Source: a virus. From it: 43,296 nt of DNA. The notes under the pieces are model-generated. The model saw only the letters and a list, made by a program, of their open reading frames with translations, searched no databases and had not been told where the DNA came from. Positions 6,807 to 17,405 of this stretch are shown piece after piece (within the stretch, counting starts at the first letter, position 1; every line of letters begins with the position of its first letter). The stretch lies in the IMG/VR virus record IMGVR_UViG_3300045988_135711; one strand, given 5' to 3'. Position numbers and translations under genes: made by a program.

Positions 6807-8093
6807 ATGCTAGAAAATATAATCCCTAAAAAGGTAGTAGATGGTGTCGCTAGTGGTGAAGTTGGTTGGGAAACTGCATTTAAGTATCTAATCAACAATG
6901 AAGTAACTAGCGGAAAGATTGCTCCTACAGCAAACAACGCCACACGATTTTCTACTGTATATGCGTGTATCAACGTTTTAGGAGACGATATCGCAAAACT
7001 ACCGTGGAAATCATATAAACAATCGAAAAACAAAATTGAGAAGGATTCATCTAGCGATGTATCACACGTATTAAACGTGCGACCAAACCGCTTTATGAAT
7101 CCTTTTGTGTATAAAAAATTAATCGTTACGGATGTGTGTACATACGGTAATCACTATTCTTACATTTCTTTCAATAAAAAGGGAGAAATCGAAGAATTGA
7201 TTCCTTTAGATCCATCAACTGTTCAAGTCGTAATTGATAGAAAAACTCGTGAATACGGGTATCAAGCAACGTTTAAAGAACAGAATGTGGTGTTTTTACC
7301 GCATGAAATCTTCCACATTAAAGCTTTATCGAAGGATGGGATTGTTGGTATTTCGCCACTTCAATCGATTCGAGAACAAATGTCCACGATGGATATTGCG
7401 ACTGCATTCAATAAAGGAATGGTTGAGAAAGGCGGTTCACCACAAGGGATTTTAGAAGTAGACGGTTCATTTGGTAAAGATGTAAAAACGAAAATTCGTG
7501 AAGAATGGCAACGTGTTAATTCGAATGAAAACATCGCAGTTGTGGATTTAGGAATGAAATACAAACAAATCGGTATTTCTCAACAAGACATGCAATTCCT
7601 AGAAATGATGAAGTTCTCTCAACAACAAATTGCAGCGATTTTTAAAGTGCCATTACACAAAATTAACGATTTAACACACGCAACTTATACAAACATCGAA
7701 CATCAATCCCTAGATTACGTGAAAAACACTTTACAACCGTGGGTAACTCAACTGGAAGAAGAAGCGAATTACAAACTATATACGAAATCGCAAAGAAATT
7801 CTGGACTATATTGCAAATTCAATATGGATAGCGAGTTACGTGGCGATAGCGAAAGTCGTGCAAAAGTGCAACAAATCAATCTTTCTTACGGTATGAAATC
7901 ACTGAATGAAGTAAGGGCGCAAAACGAAGATAGTCCTTATGAATCTGATTTAGCAGACAAACCACTAATGACATTGAACCTTGTTCCGCTGGATATAGCT
8001 GTCGAAGCAGCAACCAATCGATATGGAGCAAGTCAACGAGTACCGAAAGGGGGTGAAGACGATGGAAAAAGAAATGCGAATATTGACGAATGA
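6807..8093 (+). CDS. portal protein (HK97 family-like)
   Basis: 428 aa; position after terL; typical portal core sequence. Confidence 0.88.
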   Translation: MLENIIPKKVVDGVASGEVGWETAFKYLINNEVTSGKIAPTANNATRFSTVYACINVLGDDIAKLPWKSYKQSKNKIEKDSSSDVSHVLNVRPNRFMNPFVYKKLIVTDVCTYGNHYSYISFNKKGEIEELIPLDPSTVQVVIDRKTREYGYQATFKEQNVVFLPHEIFHIKALSKDGIVGISPLQSIREQMSTMDIATAFNKGMVEKGGSPQGILEVDGSFGKDVKTKIREEWQRVNSNENIAVVDLGMKYKQIGISQQDMQFLEMMKFSQQQIAAIFKVPLHKINDLTHATYTNIEHQSLDYVKNTLQPWVTQLEEEANYKLYTKSQRNSGLYCKFNMDSELRGDSESRAKVQQINLSYGMKSLNEVRAQNEDSPYESDLADKPLMTLNLVPLDIAVEAATNRYGASQRVPKGGEDDGKRNANIDE

Positions 8094-8634
8094 GTTTGAA
8101 ATCCGTAGCGGTGAAGGTGAAAAACCTACAATCGTTGGATATGCACTCAAATTCAATCGTTGGAGTAAACCAATGTGGGGTTACTACAAAGAAAAGTTAG
8201 ATAGACATTGTTTAGACAATGCAGATATGACTGACACAGTAGCTCTTATCAATCATGATTACAACCTTGTTTTAGGTCGTGTTGGAGCGAATTTAAAACT
8301 CACTGTGGATGATATTGGATTGAGATTCGATATTACACCAACTGATACAAGTTATGCAAAAGACCTTATGGAAAACATGAAAGCAGGAGTAATCAATAAA
8401 TGCTCATTCGGATTCACGATTGACAAAGACGGTCAAGAGTGGAAAACGGGTGAAGAATATGACGAACGCACCATTACAAAAATCAAGAAATTGTATGACG
8501 TTTCGATTGTAACTGACCCAGCGTATGACGATACCGAAGCGGTAACGAATATGCGCAGTTATGAAGAATTCAAAAACAACAACCGTAACCGTGAAATCGA
8601 GTTACTAGATCTAGAAATGGAAATTTTTAAATAA
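8062..8634 (+). CDS. prohead maturation protease (HK97/S78 family-like)
   Basis: EFEIRSGEGEKPTIVGYALKFN...INHD...SFGF. The ATG at 8062 has a GGGGG RBS; the track ORF begins at 8023. Confidence 0.85.
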   Translation: MEKEMRILTNEFEIRSGEGEKPTIVGYALKFNRWSKPMWGYYKEKLDRHCLDNADMTDTVALINHDYNLVLGRVGANLKLTVDDIGLRFDITPTDTSYAKDLMENMKAGVINKCSFGFTIDKDGQEWKTGEEYDERTITKIKKLYDVSIVTDPAYDDTEAVTNMRSYEEFKNNNRNREIELLDLEMEIFK

Positions 8635-8651
8635 AAGGAGATTTATAAAAT

Positions 8652-9872
8652 ATGAACGAACGTGAATTAAGAACAGCATTAGATGCAAAAACAAAAGAAT
8701 ATGACCTTGCTAAAAAAGAAGGTAAATCAACAGAAGAATTACGTAAACTTGTTGACGAAGTAAAAGAATTACGTGCGCAATTAGACTTAGAGTTAGAAAT
8801 GCGTGCAAACTCAATTCCAGAGTTAAAAGAAGTAGTTGAACCAGAAGTGCGTAAAGAAGAAGTGGACATCGAAAAAGAATATCGTAATATCTTTATGAAG
8901 ATTGTTCGCAATCGTGCAACAAACAAAGATAAAGAAAAGTTACACGAATTAGAAGAACGTGCAAAAGACAACCCAACAGCAACACCATTCTTAAAATCTG
9001 ACACTGACGAAAACGGTGGTTACATCGTTCCTAAAGATGTTAAGACTGAAATCAACGAATACAAACGTACTCAATTATTCGACTTATCACAATTAGTTAC
9101 TGTGGTAACAACTAAATTCACAAAAGGTTCTCGTGTGTTTGAAAAATTAGAAGACCAAACAGCGTTTGCCAACATTGATGAATGGGATAAAATCGAAGAT
9201 ATTCCAGCACCTAGATTCGAAAAGAAAGAATATGCGATGAAATCATTCGCAGGTATTCTTCCAGTTCCACGTCAATTATTACAGGATACTGATGCATCTC
9301 TTATGTCATTCTTAGCACGTTTTATTGCTAAAAAATCATTGTTCACTCGTAACTCTCAAATTTTAGCAATCCTTAACGGATTAACAAAACGTACTAAAGA
9401 CATTGTGTATACAGATGATTTAAAAGCTATCTTGAATAAAGAATTAGACGGTGTGTTCACTGCTGGTGCTAAAATCGTTACTAACCAAGATGGATTCAAC
9501 TGGTTAGATACTTGCAAGGACGAAAAAGGTAACTACTTAATGCAACGTGATGTGACTTCTTCTACTGGATTCTCATTATTCGGACATGAAGTAGTAGTTG
9601 TTCCTAACTCTACATTAAAATCAACAGGTACAAAAGCGCCTGTATTCGTAGGTGACTTAAAAGAAGCTGTAATGTTATTCGATCGTGGTGAATATGAAGT
9701 GTTATCTACAGAAGTAGGTGGCGATGCATTCCGTCGCAACTCTCATGACATCCGTATTATCGACCGTTTCGATGTTCAACAATGGGATGTTGCAGCAGTT
9801 ATTGCTACACAAATTGATGTATCAAAAGACCCTGCATTCCCTTCTACTGGTAAGAAAACACCACAAGCATAA
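8652..9872 (+). CDS. major capsid protein (HK97 fold) with N-terminal coiled-coil delta domain
   Basis: 406 aa; position after the protease; charged coiled-coil N-terminus. Confidence 0.88.
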   Translation: MNERELRTALDAKTKEYDLAKKEGKSTEELRKLVDEVKELRAQLDLELEMRANSIPELKEVVEPEVRKEEVDIEKEYRNIFMKIVRNRATNKDKEKLHELEERAKDNPTATPFLKSDTDENGGYIVPKDVKTEINEYKRTQLFDLSQLVTVVTTKFTKGSRVFEKLEDQTAFANIDEWDKIEDIPAPRFEKKEYAMKSFAGILPVPRQLLQDTDASLMSFLARFIAKKSLFTRNSQILAILNGLTKRTKDIVYTDDLKAILNKELDGVFTAGAKIVTNQDGFNWLDTCKDEKGNYLMQRDVTSSTGFSLFGHEVVVVPNSTLKSTGTKAPVFVGDLKEAVMLFDRGEYEVLSTEVGGDAFRRNSHDIRIIDRFDVQQWDVAAVIATQIDVSKDPAFPSTGKKTPQA

Positions 9873-9895
9873 TGATATAAAGGGGGTATAGATGT

Positions 9896-10192
9896 ATGAT
9901 TGTAACCCCACAAGAAATAGCAACAATCCACAGATACGATGAAGAAGAACTACCGTTTATCACTGATTTAATCAAAGGGGCGGAGTTCTTCTTATTTACT
10001 GCTGGAGCATATAAACCAACCAACCCACTGACTAAGGCTGTAACGGAATTAATCGTGGGTTTTTGGTTGGATAATCGGGAATCGAATTATACAGATTACA
10101 TTAAAATCGGGCAATTCCCGTTGGGTATGCAGTCGCTTATTTTATCGATTAAATACTCACAGGAAGAAAATAAAATGCCTGTGCAAGAATAG
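9896..10192 (+). CDS. head-tail connector (gp6-like)
   Basis: About 100 aa; position and N-terminal pattern. Confidence 0.7.
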   Translation: MIVTPQEIATIHRYDEEELPFITDLIKGAEFFLFTAGAYKPTNPLTKAVTELIVGFWLDNRESNYTDYIKIGQFPLGMQSLILSIKYSQEENKMPVQE

Positions 10193-10204
10193 GTGGTGTG
10201 AATC

Positions 10205-10546
10205 ATGAAAAAAGCAAGAGGAAATGATTTAAGACATCACATCCAGTTCTATGAACAAAGAGATATTCCAAACAAACGAGGATATACACAAGAATGGACA
10301 CCAGTATTCAAACTATGGTGTAGAGAAAAGGTAATCTTCCGTGAACAGCTTGAATCTGTTATCTCTGGAGGGAATACCTTACGTGACCGTAAAGAGTTAG
10401 AAACACGGTATACAACGAAACTGACTACAGAACATCGATTCAAATTCAAAGATAAGATGTATGAAATCTCTATTGTAGGTGATTCTGTAGGAGATTGTAA
10501 GACGATACGTTTTCTAGGTGAAGCAGTTGTGGACGGTGGTGCATAA
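10205..10546 (+). CDS. head closure / head-tail adaptor protein
   Basis: 113 aa; synteny in the HK97-like module. Confidence 0.7.
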   Translation: MKKARGNDLRHHIQFYEQRDIPNKRGYTQEWTPVFKLWCREKVIFREQLESVISGGNTLRDRKELETRYTTKLTTEHRFKFKDKMYEISIVGDSVGDCKTIRFLGEAVVDGGA

Positions 10547-10971
10547 TGAGTGGAAATTTAAAGATAACTGGTATCAATGAAACGATAGCTAAACTACAAA
10601 ACATCAGTAAAACGGTTGATAGAAATGTGAATAGAATCATCCGTGAAAGTGCAGAGCCTTATATGGAAGCACTAGAAAAAATAACACCTTATGACACCAG
10701 CGAAAAACGAAGACATCCGCAACACGCAAAGGAACATATCGTTAAATCGAATGTAACGAGAAACAGCGATGGCGATAAAGTCGTTAAAGTTGGTTATGAC
10801 CACGATACGGGATGGTATATGTGGTTTTTAGAAAAAGGAACATACAGTAAGGGGAATCCTAAAGGGATTGCTCCTAGACATTTTGTTGAAAAAACAATGG
10901 AAAGCACAAAAGAAGAAGTCGCAAAAGTTCAAATGGAAGGCTTGCAAAGATTGATAGAGAGGTATACGTGA
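10546..10971 (+). CDS. HK97 gp10-like neck/tail component
   Basis: 141 aa; synteny; ATGA overlap. Confidence 0.65.
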   Translation: MSGNLKITGINETIAKLQNISKTVDRNVNRIIRESAEPYMEALEKITPYDTSEKRRHPQHAKEHIVKSNVTRNSDGDKVVKVGYDHDTGWYMWFLEKGTYSKGNPKGIAPRHFVEKTMESTKEEVAKVQMEGLQRLIERYT

Positions 10972-11390
10972 TGTTTGATTTAGAAATAGTAATTCAAAAA
11001 GCTTTAACAAGCAACAAAACAATCACAGATTATGTCGCAAAATCAAAGCAAGGTTATCCGAATATCGGGGCTAATAGAACCCCACACGGAATATTCCCTT
11101 TGATTGAATACCATCAAATCTTAGGAGAAGATGAGTTATTTAGTGACAACAAACTGTGGACACGTACTTATCGTTTTCAAGTAGGTATTTATACCGAAAA
11201 AATGGATTACGATAAAGTGCAGAACGCGTTGGATAAAACAATGCGAAATATAGGTTTTACATGTTATAGAGATTATACGTATGCGGTGGATGACACGAAA
11301 GTTATCCATCGCATTTTTAGTTACTCGATAAGCATTGATAAACCTAGATATTACAAATTATTAAAAAAATACAAATTGGAGAGTGAATAA
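10968..11390 (+). CDS. tail terminator / tail completion-like protein
   Basis: 140 aa; synteny directly before the major tail protein. Confidence 0.6.
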   Translation: MMFDLEIVIQKALTSNKTITDYVAKSKQGYPNIGANRTPHGIFPLIEYHQILGEDELFSDNKLWTRTYRFQVGIYTEKMDYDKVQNALDKTMRNIGFTCYRDYTYAVDDTKVIHRIFSYSISIDKPRYYKLLKKYKLESE

Positions 11391-11393
11391 TAT

Positions 11394-11939
11394 ATGGCAA
11401 GAATTGGAGTAAGAAATTTACACGTTTTTCTTTTAACAAAGGATGATGTAACTGGAGCAACTTATGGTACAGCGGTGAAATGCGCACCATTAATGAAAGT
11501 AAGTTTGACTGCAAAAACATCAGAAGGTTCAGTATACGGTGACGATAGACAAGTTGATGGTAACTTCGGTATTACTGGTTATGACATTGTAATCGATACA
11601 ACCGACTTAACACCTGACCAACAATCGTTATTACTAGGACACAAGAAAGACAGCAAAGGTGGTATCACAGTAAGTACTGAAGATGAAGCGCCTTATGTAG
11701 GGGTAGCGTTCGAATCTAAACGTTCTGACGGTAAGAATGAGTATTCCGTTCTTTACAAGGTTAAATTCTCACCTACCAATGAAGAATACGAAACTAAAGG
11801 CGAAAACATCACTTATAAGACGCCATCATTAGTAGGTAAGGCAATCGCTCGTGAAAATGACAGTAAATTAAAATATACCGTTGTTTCAGCAACTACACCA
11901 GAAAATTGGTATACAACACCACAAAAATCAGAAGAATAA
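11394..11939 (+). CDS. major tail protein (phi13 family-like)
   Basis: MARIGVRNLHVFLL...VYGDD pattern, and position. Confidence 0.8.
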   Translation: MARIGVRNLHVFLLTKDDVTGATYGTAVKCAPLMKVSLTAKTSEGSVYGDDRQVDGNFGITGYDIVIDTTDLTPDQQSLLLGHKKDSKGGITVSTEDEAPYVGVAFESKRSDGKNEYSVLYKVKFSPTNEEYETKGENITYKTPSLVGKAIARENDSKLKYTVVSATTPENWYTTPQKSEE

Positions 11940-11951
11940 TCGTGATTAATT

Positions 11952-11982
11952 GGGGGTTAGGAGACTAACCCTCTCTTTTTTT
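11952..11982 (+). terminator. intrinsic terminator/attenuator after the major tail gene
   Basis: gggttag-GAGA-ctaaccc followed by tctcTTTTTTT. Confidence 0.65.
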
Positions 11983-11993
11983 GGAGGTTAAAA

Positions 11994-12371
11994 ATGGAAA
12001 TTAAAATTGGTAAAAAAACATATAAAAGCGGAAGTCACAATATGAAACTATTGTTTGACTTAACAAAATTAAGAAGTGAAATCGACAAACGTTACAGAGT
12101 TTCTATTAGTGGAGATACGGACGAAATCCAAAAGCTATTATCAACTATAAATCCGTGTGAAGACATCGAAAAACACGTAAAACTAGTATGTCGTTTCTTT
12201 GGTAATCAGTTTACAGAAAAAGAATTCATGGAAGGTTATCATGCAGAATCAATGCAAGAATTCAATACTTTAATTGAGTTGATGACATTAGAAGCTATTT
12301 CGGGAGTTACTGACATCCTAGGTGAAGAAAAAAAGCCACAGACCCAGATTTCGAAGAAGGAATCGAAATAA
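11994..12371 (+). CDS. tail assembly chaperone (G-like, zero-frame product)
   Basis: Position between the major tail protein and the tape measure. Confidence 0.8.
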   Translation: MEIKIGKKTYKSGSHNMKLLFDLTKLRSEIDKRYRVSISGDTDEIQKLLSTINPCEDIEKHVKLVCRFFGNQFTEKEFMEGYHAESMQEFNTLIELMTLEAISGVTDILGEEKKPQTQISKKESK

Positions 12372-12547
12372 TTACATTCATTAAAGAACTCTATTCATTA
12401 TTGATGGAAAAATACAACTGGACACCAGAGCAGATTGATAATTTAGAAATCACCAAAATTATCGATTTAGAGTTTGGTAGTTGGAAGAAAGAAGTTAAGG
12501 AGAAAGAACCATTAGAATACATCGATGGAATAGAAGGATTTTCGTAG
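11994..12547 (+). CDS. tail assembly chaperone, -1 frameshift fusion (GT-like)
   Basis: Slippery A_AAA_AAG at 12329-12335. The -1 frame stays open to TAG 12545-12547 and fills the otherwise uncoded gap before the tape measure. Confidence 0.7.
12329..12335 (+). promoter_or_regulatory. programmed -1 ribosomal frameshift slippery heptamer AAAAAAG
   Basis: The zero frame reads gaA AAA AAG. Confidence 0.7.
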
Positions 12548-12561
12548 AAAGGAGGTAAATT

Positions 12562-15500
12562 ATGGCAGGAACACCATTTGGAAAATTAGTGGTGGAATTA
12601 GGACTGAATAATGTTGCTTTCACTAAAGGTGTTGAAGATGCACAAAGACAATTAAGAACTTTAAACCGTGCTATCAAGAATTCTGACCAGGATATCAAAT
12701 TGATGGGTGTAGGTTCGCAAGCAACTTCCACTAAATTAACTCTATTATCACAGGCTTTTCAAGTTACAGAAAAAGTAATTGCGAATACGAAAATACAATT
12801 AATGAAAGCGGAAGATGCGCTATCAACACTAAGAGCCGAAATCGATAAAACAACTACGAAGACGAAAGAACAATCAGACGAAGAAGCAAAGCTAGTTAAA
12901 CAGATTGAAAATCATAAACGTAAATTAGTAGATGCAACCGCAAGTTTATCTGGTTATAAAAGAGAGTATCAATCTGTAGCTAGAGCGCATGCAGAAGCAA
13001 ACAACAGCTTTATTCAATCGGGTAATAAGCTAGAAGAAGCTGGTAAACGATTGACTGAATCTGGGAACAGAATTTTAAACGTTGCTCGTGGATGGACATT
13101 CGCAGGGGCAATCTTAGGAACTGGTATCGGATTAGTTGCTAAAGAAGCGATTGAGTACGAAAAAGCTATCGCAGGGGTTCGTAAGACTACTGACCCTACA
13201 GCTGCACAATTACAAGAATTCTCTTTAGGATTCCGCAAAATGTCCACAGAGATTCCAGTTGCAGCTAAAGAACTAGCGAATATGGGTCAAATGGCAGGGC
13301 AATTAGGTATCCGAAACGATAGCTTGTTAACGTTCGTTGAAACGATGGCTAAACTGCAAACAGCTACGAATATTATCGGTGAAGAAGGTGCAGCTGACCT
13401 TGCTAAATTCATGAATATCATGGGTACATCGCAGGATAGAGTATCTAATTTAGGTTCTGCATTAGTAGACTTAGGTAACCACTTTGCCACAACCGAAAAA
13501 GACATCCTAGACATGGGTAAAAATCTTGCTGGGGCAGGTAGACAAATCGGACTATCCGAAGGTAGCGTGTTAGGGATTGCAACCGCATTGAGTTCTGTGG
13601 GGATTGAAGCAGAAAAAGGTGGTAGTGCATTCTCTAAAATCATGATTCAGATGGCATCCGCAGTAGATACTATGGACACTAGAGCGGGTAGTAAGTTGAG
13701 AGAGTTTGCAGGTGTATCTGGAATGACTGCAGAAGCATTTGCAAATTTATTCAAATCTAATCCTGCAGGAGCTATTGCAGCATTCGTCGAAGGTTTAGGT
13801 AGTGCAAACGAAAGAGGAACTACCGCTATCGGTATCTTGAAAGAAATGGGTATCAAAGAAGTTCGTTTAAGAGATACCTTACTACGTGCTGGTGGTGCGC
13901 ATAAGTTATTCAATGAAGCGGTAAACATGGGTAATAAAGCATTTAGAGAAAATACTGCATTACAAAAAGAATTTAATACATTTAACGATACCACAGCAAG
14001 TAAGTTAGAACGTGCTAAGAACAAACTTACTGATCTAGCTATCGAAGCGGGTGGAAAATTACTTCCAGTTATTGCTGATTTAATTGGTAAATCTGGTTAT
14101 GTAATTGATAGCGTTAAAGGAATGGTAGAAGGATTTTCTAATCTTCCAGAACCTGTTCAGAAAACAGCGTTCGCAATGACTGGTCTATTTTTAGCAGGTG
14201 GGCCAATTTTAGGAATGTTCGGACAAGCTAAGAACATGATTGGGTTGTTTGCTGGAGGAATCGGTGGACTTCTTAAAAATCTTGGTCAAGCACAGATTAA
14301 AGCGAAAGAAGCAAGAGGTGTATTCGATTTAGCAAAAGGTACTATTGAAGGTACTGGAAGTGTTTCCGAAATTGCAGGCGCAAGCGTAGCAAAATTAGGT
14401 GGTGAAGTTGCTAAAACTGGTGGATTTTTCACTAAATTAACCAGTATCGGATTGAATCCGTGGCTATTAGGTGCAGCTGCTGCAATCGGAGTAGGAATTG
14501 TAGCGTGGAAAGCATTCGGAGAGCAAGCGCACGAAGCGTTTAAGAGTTCTGAAAAGGTTAAACGTTGGGGTGCGGATGTATCAGACGAAATAGATTCAGC
14601 ATTAAGAAGAGCGGAAGAATTCGGGAATAACGCTCAAACTTTCCTCAATAGAGGATTTAAGATTGACGACAAAATCAAAGGTGAAGCACAGAAACAATTT
14701 AGTGGGATGTTTGATGCTCTAAAATCCACAGCTGATAAGCAGATTAAGGAAATTGAAGAATCTTACAATAAACTCCCAGAAAAAGTAAAAGGTGCATTGT
14801 CTAAAGAAGTTGAAGAGCGTAAATCACAAATTGGTGAATCTAAGAAAGTTATTGAAGAAAACGAAGCTAGAATCAACGAGATTTACGATAAAGCAAGTCA
14901 AGAAAGACGTAAGTTAACTAGAGAAGAAATCGCAGAAATTAATCAATTACGTAAAGAAGCGTATCAAGAAGAAGCAAACATTCTAAGTGCGAACGCAAAA
15001 GAACGTAAGAAGATTATGGAGAACTTAACAGAAAGTTTGACGAAGTTAGATGATAACGAATTACAACAACGTCAATCGTATCTAGCTAAATTAGGAAAAA
15101 CCGAACAACAAACCTTAAATGAGAACTTAAACTCATTAAAAGAGTTATGGCAAAAAGGAACTATTAGCGCTAGAAGCTATGCAGACCAAAAGTTAGAAAT
15201 TGAAAAAGACCACAACGTTAAAATGAAAGAGATTGCATTACAACGTTATCAAGCGTTTCAAGAAGAAATGAAACGTAATGAATCGTTGGGAGATGAAGAA
15301 GCAGGAAGACGAAATCAAATCATTAAGTCTGCTGCAGAAAAAATGCTAAAAGATTACGGTTTTACCGTTGAAGAAATGGAAAAACTTTCTAAACAACAAG
15401 CGGACAATGTTGCATTGAGTGCTAAATACATTTCTAACACAATGGAAGAATTAGGTTACAAACTTTCTGACAGTACTAAGAAAGCGAATATCGCATGGGA

Positions 15501-16677
15501 AACAATGATTACGGATGAAAAGACTGGAAACATTGTTAAGAACATCGATGAAGTCTTACGTAAAGCAGTTAGTACTGAAAAAGGTTGGAACGACCTTAAA
15601 TTTATCATCCATAATGCTAAGTTAACTTCAAATGCTAAAGAACAAATCGAAAAAGCATTAAAAGCAACAGATAAGTGGAATGATTTAGATCCAGAAACAA
15701 AATCATTCTTAACTGCCACAAACATCGGTGAAACGATGGCACACATCTTACAGGATAAAGGTAAGTGGGATGGATTGACTATCGATGAGAAGAAAGCAGT
15801 CTTAAATTATTCTGGATTGAATGAAGGAATAATCAAGATTATTGAAGCTAAGAATCTGTGGGATAACACAGAATTTGTTAAGAAATTAGCTGAAATTAAC
15901 ACGAATGCTCCAGACAGTCAGAATAAGATTGATAAGTTGTTAGAAACTTACGGTGTGTTAGAACGTAGAATCCAAAATCCTGCAAACGTTCGTACAATTA
16001 CGGATGCAGACGGAACTGCTAGACAGGTTGAAGGTTTAACAGAAAAAGTCGAACGGAATATGTATCTAAGTGCGCAAGGAAGTTATTTTAACACTAGCAC
16101 AAATGCTGGTGATGTAGCGTATTCAATCGCAAATTATAACGACTTAGTAAACAGTGCTTATAACAAAACCGTTTACTTCACTATTGCATATCAAGAAACA
16201 GGAACAAGCGCATTAACAACATGGCAAAACATGTTGAATAGTGGTAGACGATACGCAACTGGTACAGATGGACATAACGGTGGATTAGCTTATTTAGGTG
16301 ACGGTGGAAGACGTGAACCGTTCTTAACACCAGACGGATATTTCGGAGTATCACCTTCCACAGATACACTATACGACTTACCTAGAGGAACAAAGGTTTG
16401 GTCGAGTATCGATAATTTCAAACGTGATACATTGCATAAGCCTTATTTATCGGGGTATTTAAGTCAATTACCACGTTATGCGAAAGGAACTGTGAAGAGC
16501 TTCCTTGATAAATCAGATGTGAGAGTGCCGAATGTATTCAGCTCTGGAGGTCAAGTGGATAATTCAACGTATGCACCAGTACTGCATATCGAACACTTCC
16601 ACGCAGAAAATAATATGGATGTAGAAGAACTATTCAGACAGTTTAAATGGATGATTAAAAGGGAGAGTGATAGATAG
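12562..16677 (+). CDS. tape measure protein
   Basis: 1371 aa with coiled-coil and TM-like segments, at the canonical position. Confidence 0.92.
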   Translation: MAGTPFGKLVVELGLNNVAFTKGVEDAQRQLRTLNRAIKNSDQDIKLMGVGSQATSTKLTLLSQAFQVTEKVIANTKIQLMKAEDALSTLRAEIDKTTTKTKEQSDEEAKLVKQIENHKRKLVDATASLSGYKREYQSVARAHAEANNSFIQSGNKLEEAGKRLTESGNRILNVARGWTFAGAILGTGIGLVAKEAIEYEKAIAGVRKTTDPTAAQLQEFSLGFRKMSTEIPVAAKELANMGQMAGQLGIRNDSLLTFVETMAKLQTATNIIGEEGAADLAKFMNIMGTSQDRVSNLGSALVDLGNHFATTEKDILDMGKNLAGAGRQIGLSEGSVLGIATALSSVGIEAEKGGSAFSKIMIQMASAVDTMDTRAGSKLREFAGVSGMTAEAFANLFKSNPAGAIAAFVEGLGSANERGTTAIGILKEMGIKEVRLRDTLLRAGGAHKLFNEAVNMGNKAFRENTALQKEFNTFNDTTASKLERAKNKLTDLAIEAGGKLLPVIADLIGKSGYVIDSVKGMVEGFSNLPEPVQKTAFAMTGLFLAGGPILGMFGQAKNMIGLFAGGIGGLLKNLGQAQIKAKEARGVFDLAKGTIEGTGSVSEIAGASVAKLGGEVAKTGGFFTKLTSIGLNPWLLGAAAAIGVGIVAWKAFGEQAHEAFKSSEKVKRWGADVSDEIDSALRRAEEFGNNAQTFLNRGFKIDDKIKGEAQKQFSGMFDALKSTADKQIKEIEESYNKLPEKVKGALSKEVEERKSQIGESKKVIEENEARINEIYDKASQERRKLTREEIAEINQLRKEAYQEEANILSANAKERKKIMENLTESLTKLDDNELQQRQSYLAKLGKTEQQTLNENLNSLKELWQKGTISARSYADQKLEIEKDHNVKMKEIALQRYQAFQEEMKRNESLGDEEAGRRNQIIKSAAEKMLKDYGFTVEEMEKLSKQQADNVALSAKYISNTMEELGYKLSDSTKKANIAWETMITDEKTGNIVKNIDEVLRKAVSTEKGWNDLKFIIHNAKLTSNAKEQIEKALKATDKWNDLDPETKSFLTATNIGETMAHILQDKGKWDGLTIDEKKAVLNYSGLNEGIIKIIEAKNLWDNTEFVKKLAEINTNAPDSQNKIDKLLETYGVLERRIQNPANVRTITDADGTARQVEGLTEKVERNMYLSAQGSYFNTSTNAGDVAYSIANYNDLVNSAYNKTVYFTIAYQETGTSALTTWQNMLNSGRRYATGTDGHNGGLAYLGDGGRREPFLTPDGYFGVSPSTDTLYDLPRGTKVWSSIDNFKRDTLHKPYLSGYLSQLPRYAKGTVKSFLDKSDVRVPNVFSSGGQVDNSTYAPVLHIEHFHAENNMDVEELFRQFKWMIKRESDR

Positions 16678-17405
16678 TGAAACACTTTATTAAATTTAAC
16701 GGTAAATCTTCATTAGACCTACACTTGCTCTTATCTGGAGATATACAACACGTTGCAGCGCAAAATGATGTAGAAGAAGTGGAAGTTTTAGGTAGAGATG
16801 GAAGTATCATTGTGGATAAACATCGTTTAAAAACAGTTGTGCAACCATACGAATTCTATTTAAAACTTCCTGCTAAAGTAAAAATGCAAAATGCTATTGA
16901 TGCAGTATCCGATTGGTTGTCGCCAGTCGGGTACTGTGAATTAGAGAAATCGTGGGATAAAGATTACATCTATTTAGCTGCATTCAATGAAACATTTAGT
17001 GTATCAGAAACGTTATTCTATTTAGGGAAAATGGCTGTTAATTTTAAAATCCACCCTATTAAATACTTAAAGAGTGGTAGAGAATTCGTAGAAGTTCAGA
17101 ACAATTCTGAATTAGTAAACCCTACAAATAGAACAAGTCTTCCAGTATTGAAAATTGCAGGGAATGGTAATGTAAAGATTACTGTTTCGAACACTAGAGG
17201 AAGACAGGAAATGAAACTTGAAGATATCGAACGAAAGGTAATCGTTGATTGCGAAAACGAAGTTGCGTACTCGGAAGATGGAAATTCTATGTTAAGTGTT
17301 TACGGTGCAGATTTTATACATCTTGATATAGGTACTAGTCGTATTTCATGGGATAACCCTTCAATGAAAGTTTGGATACAAACGAATTGGGGTGTTAAAG
17401 TTTGA
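16677..17405 (+). CDS. distal tail protein (Dit)
   Basis: 242 aa, immediately after the tape measure; GTG start overlaps the stop. Confidence 0.75.
   Translation: MKHFIKFNGKSSLDLHLLLSGDIQHVAAQNDVEEVEVLGRDGSIIVDKHRLKTVVQPYEFYLKLPAKVKMQNAIDAVSDWLSPVGYCELEKSWDKDYIYLAAFNETFSVSETLFYLGKMAVNFKIHPIKYLKSGREFVEVQNNSELVNPTNRTSLPVLKIAGNGNVKITVSNTRGRQEMKLEDIERKVIVDCENEVAYSEDGNSMLSVYGADFIHLDIGTSRISWDNPSMKVWIQTNWGVKV

Noticed and set aside
13014-14024. Several 60-125-aa minus-strand ORFs inside the tape measure gene, and similar ones inside the terL, portal, capsid, Tal and dcm genes
   Set aside because: They are antisense or alternative-frame shadows of long, confidently called genes. None has an RBS or a recognisable motif.
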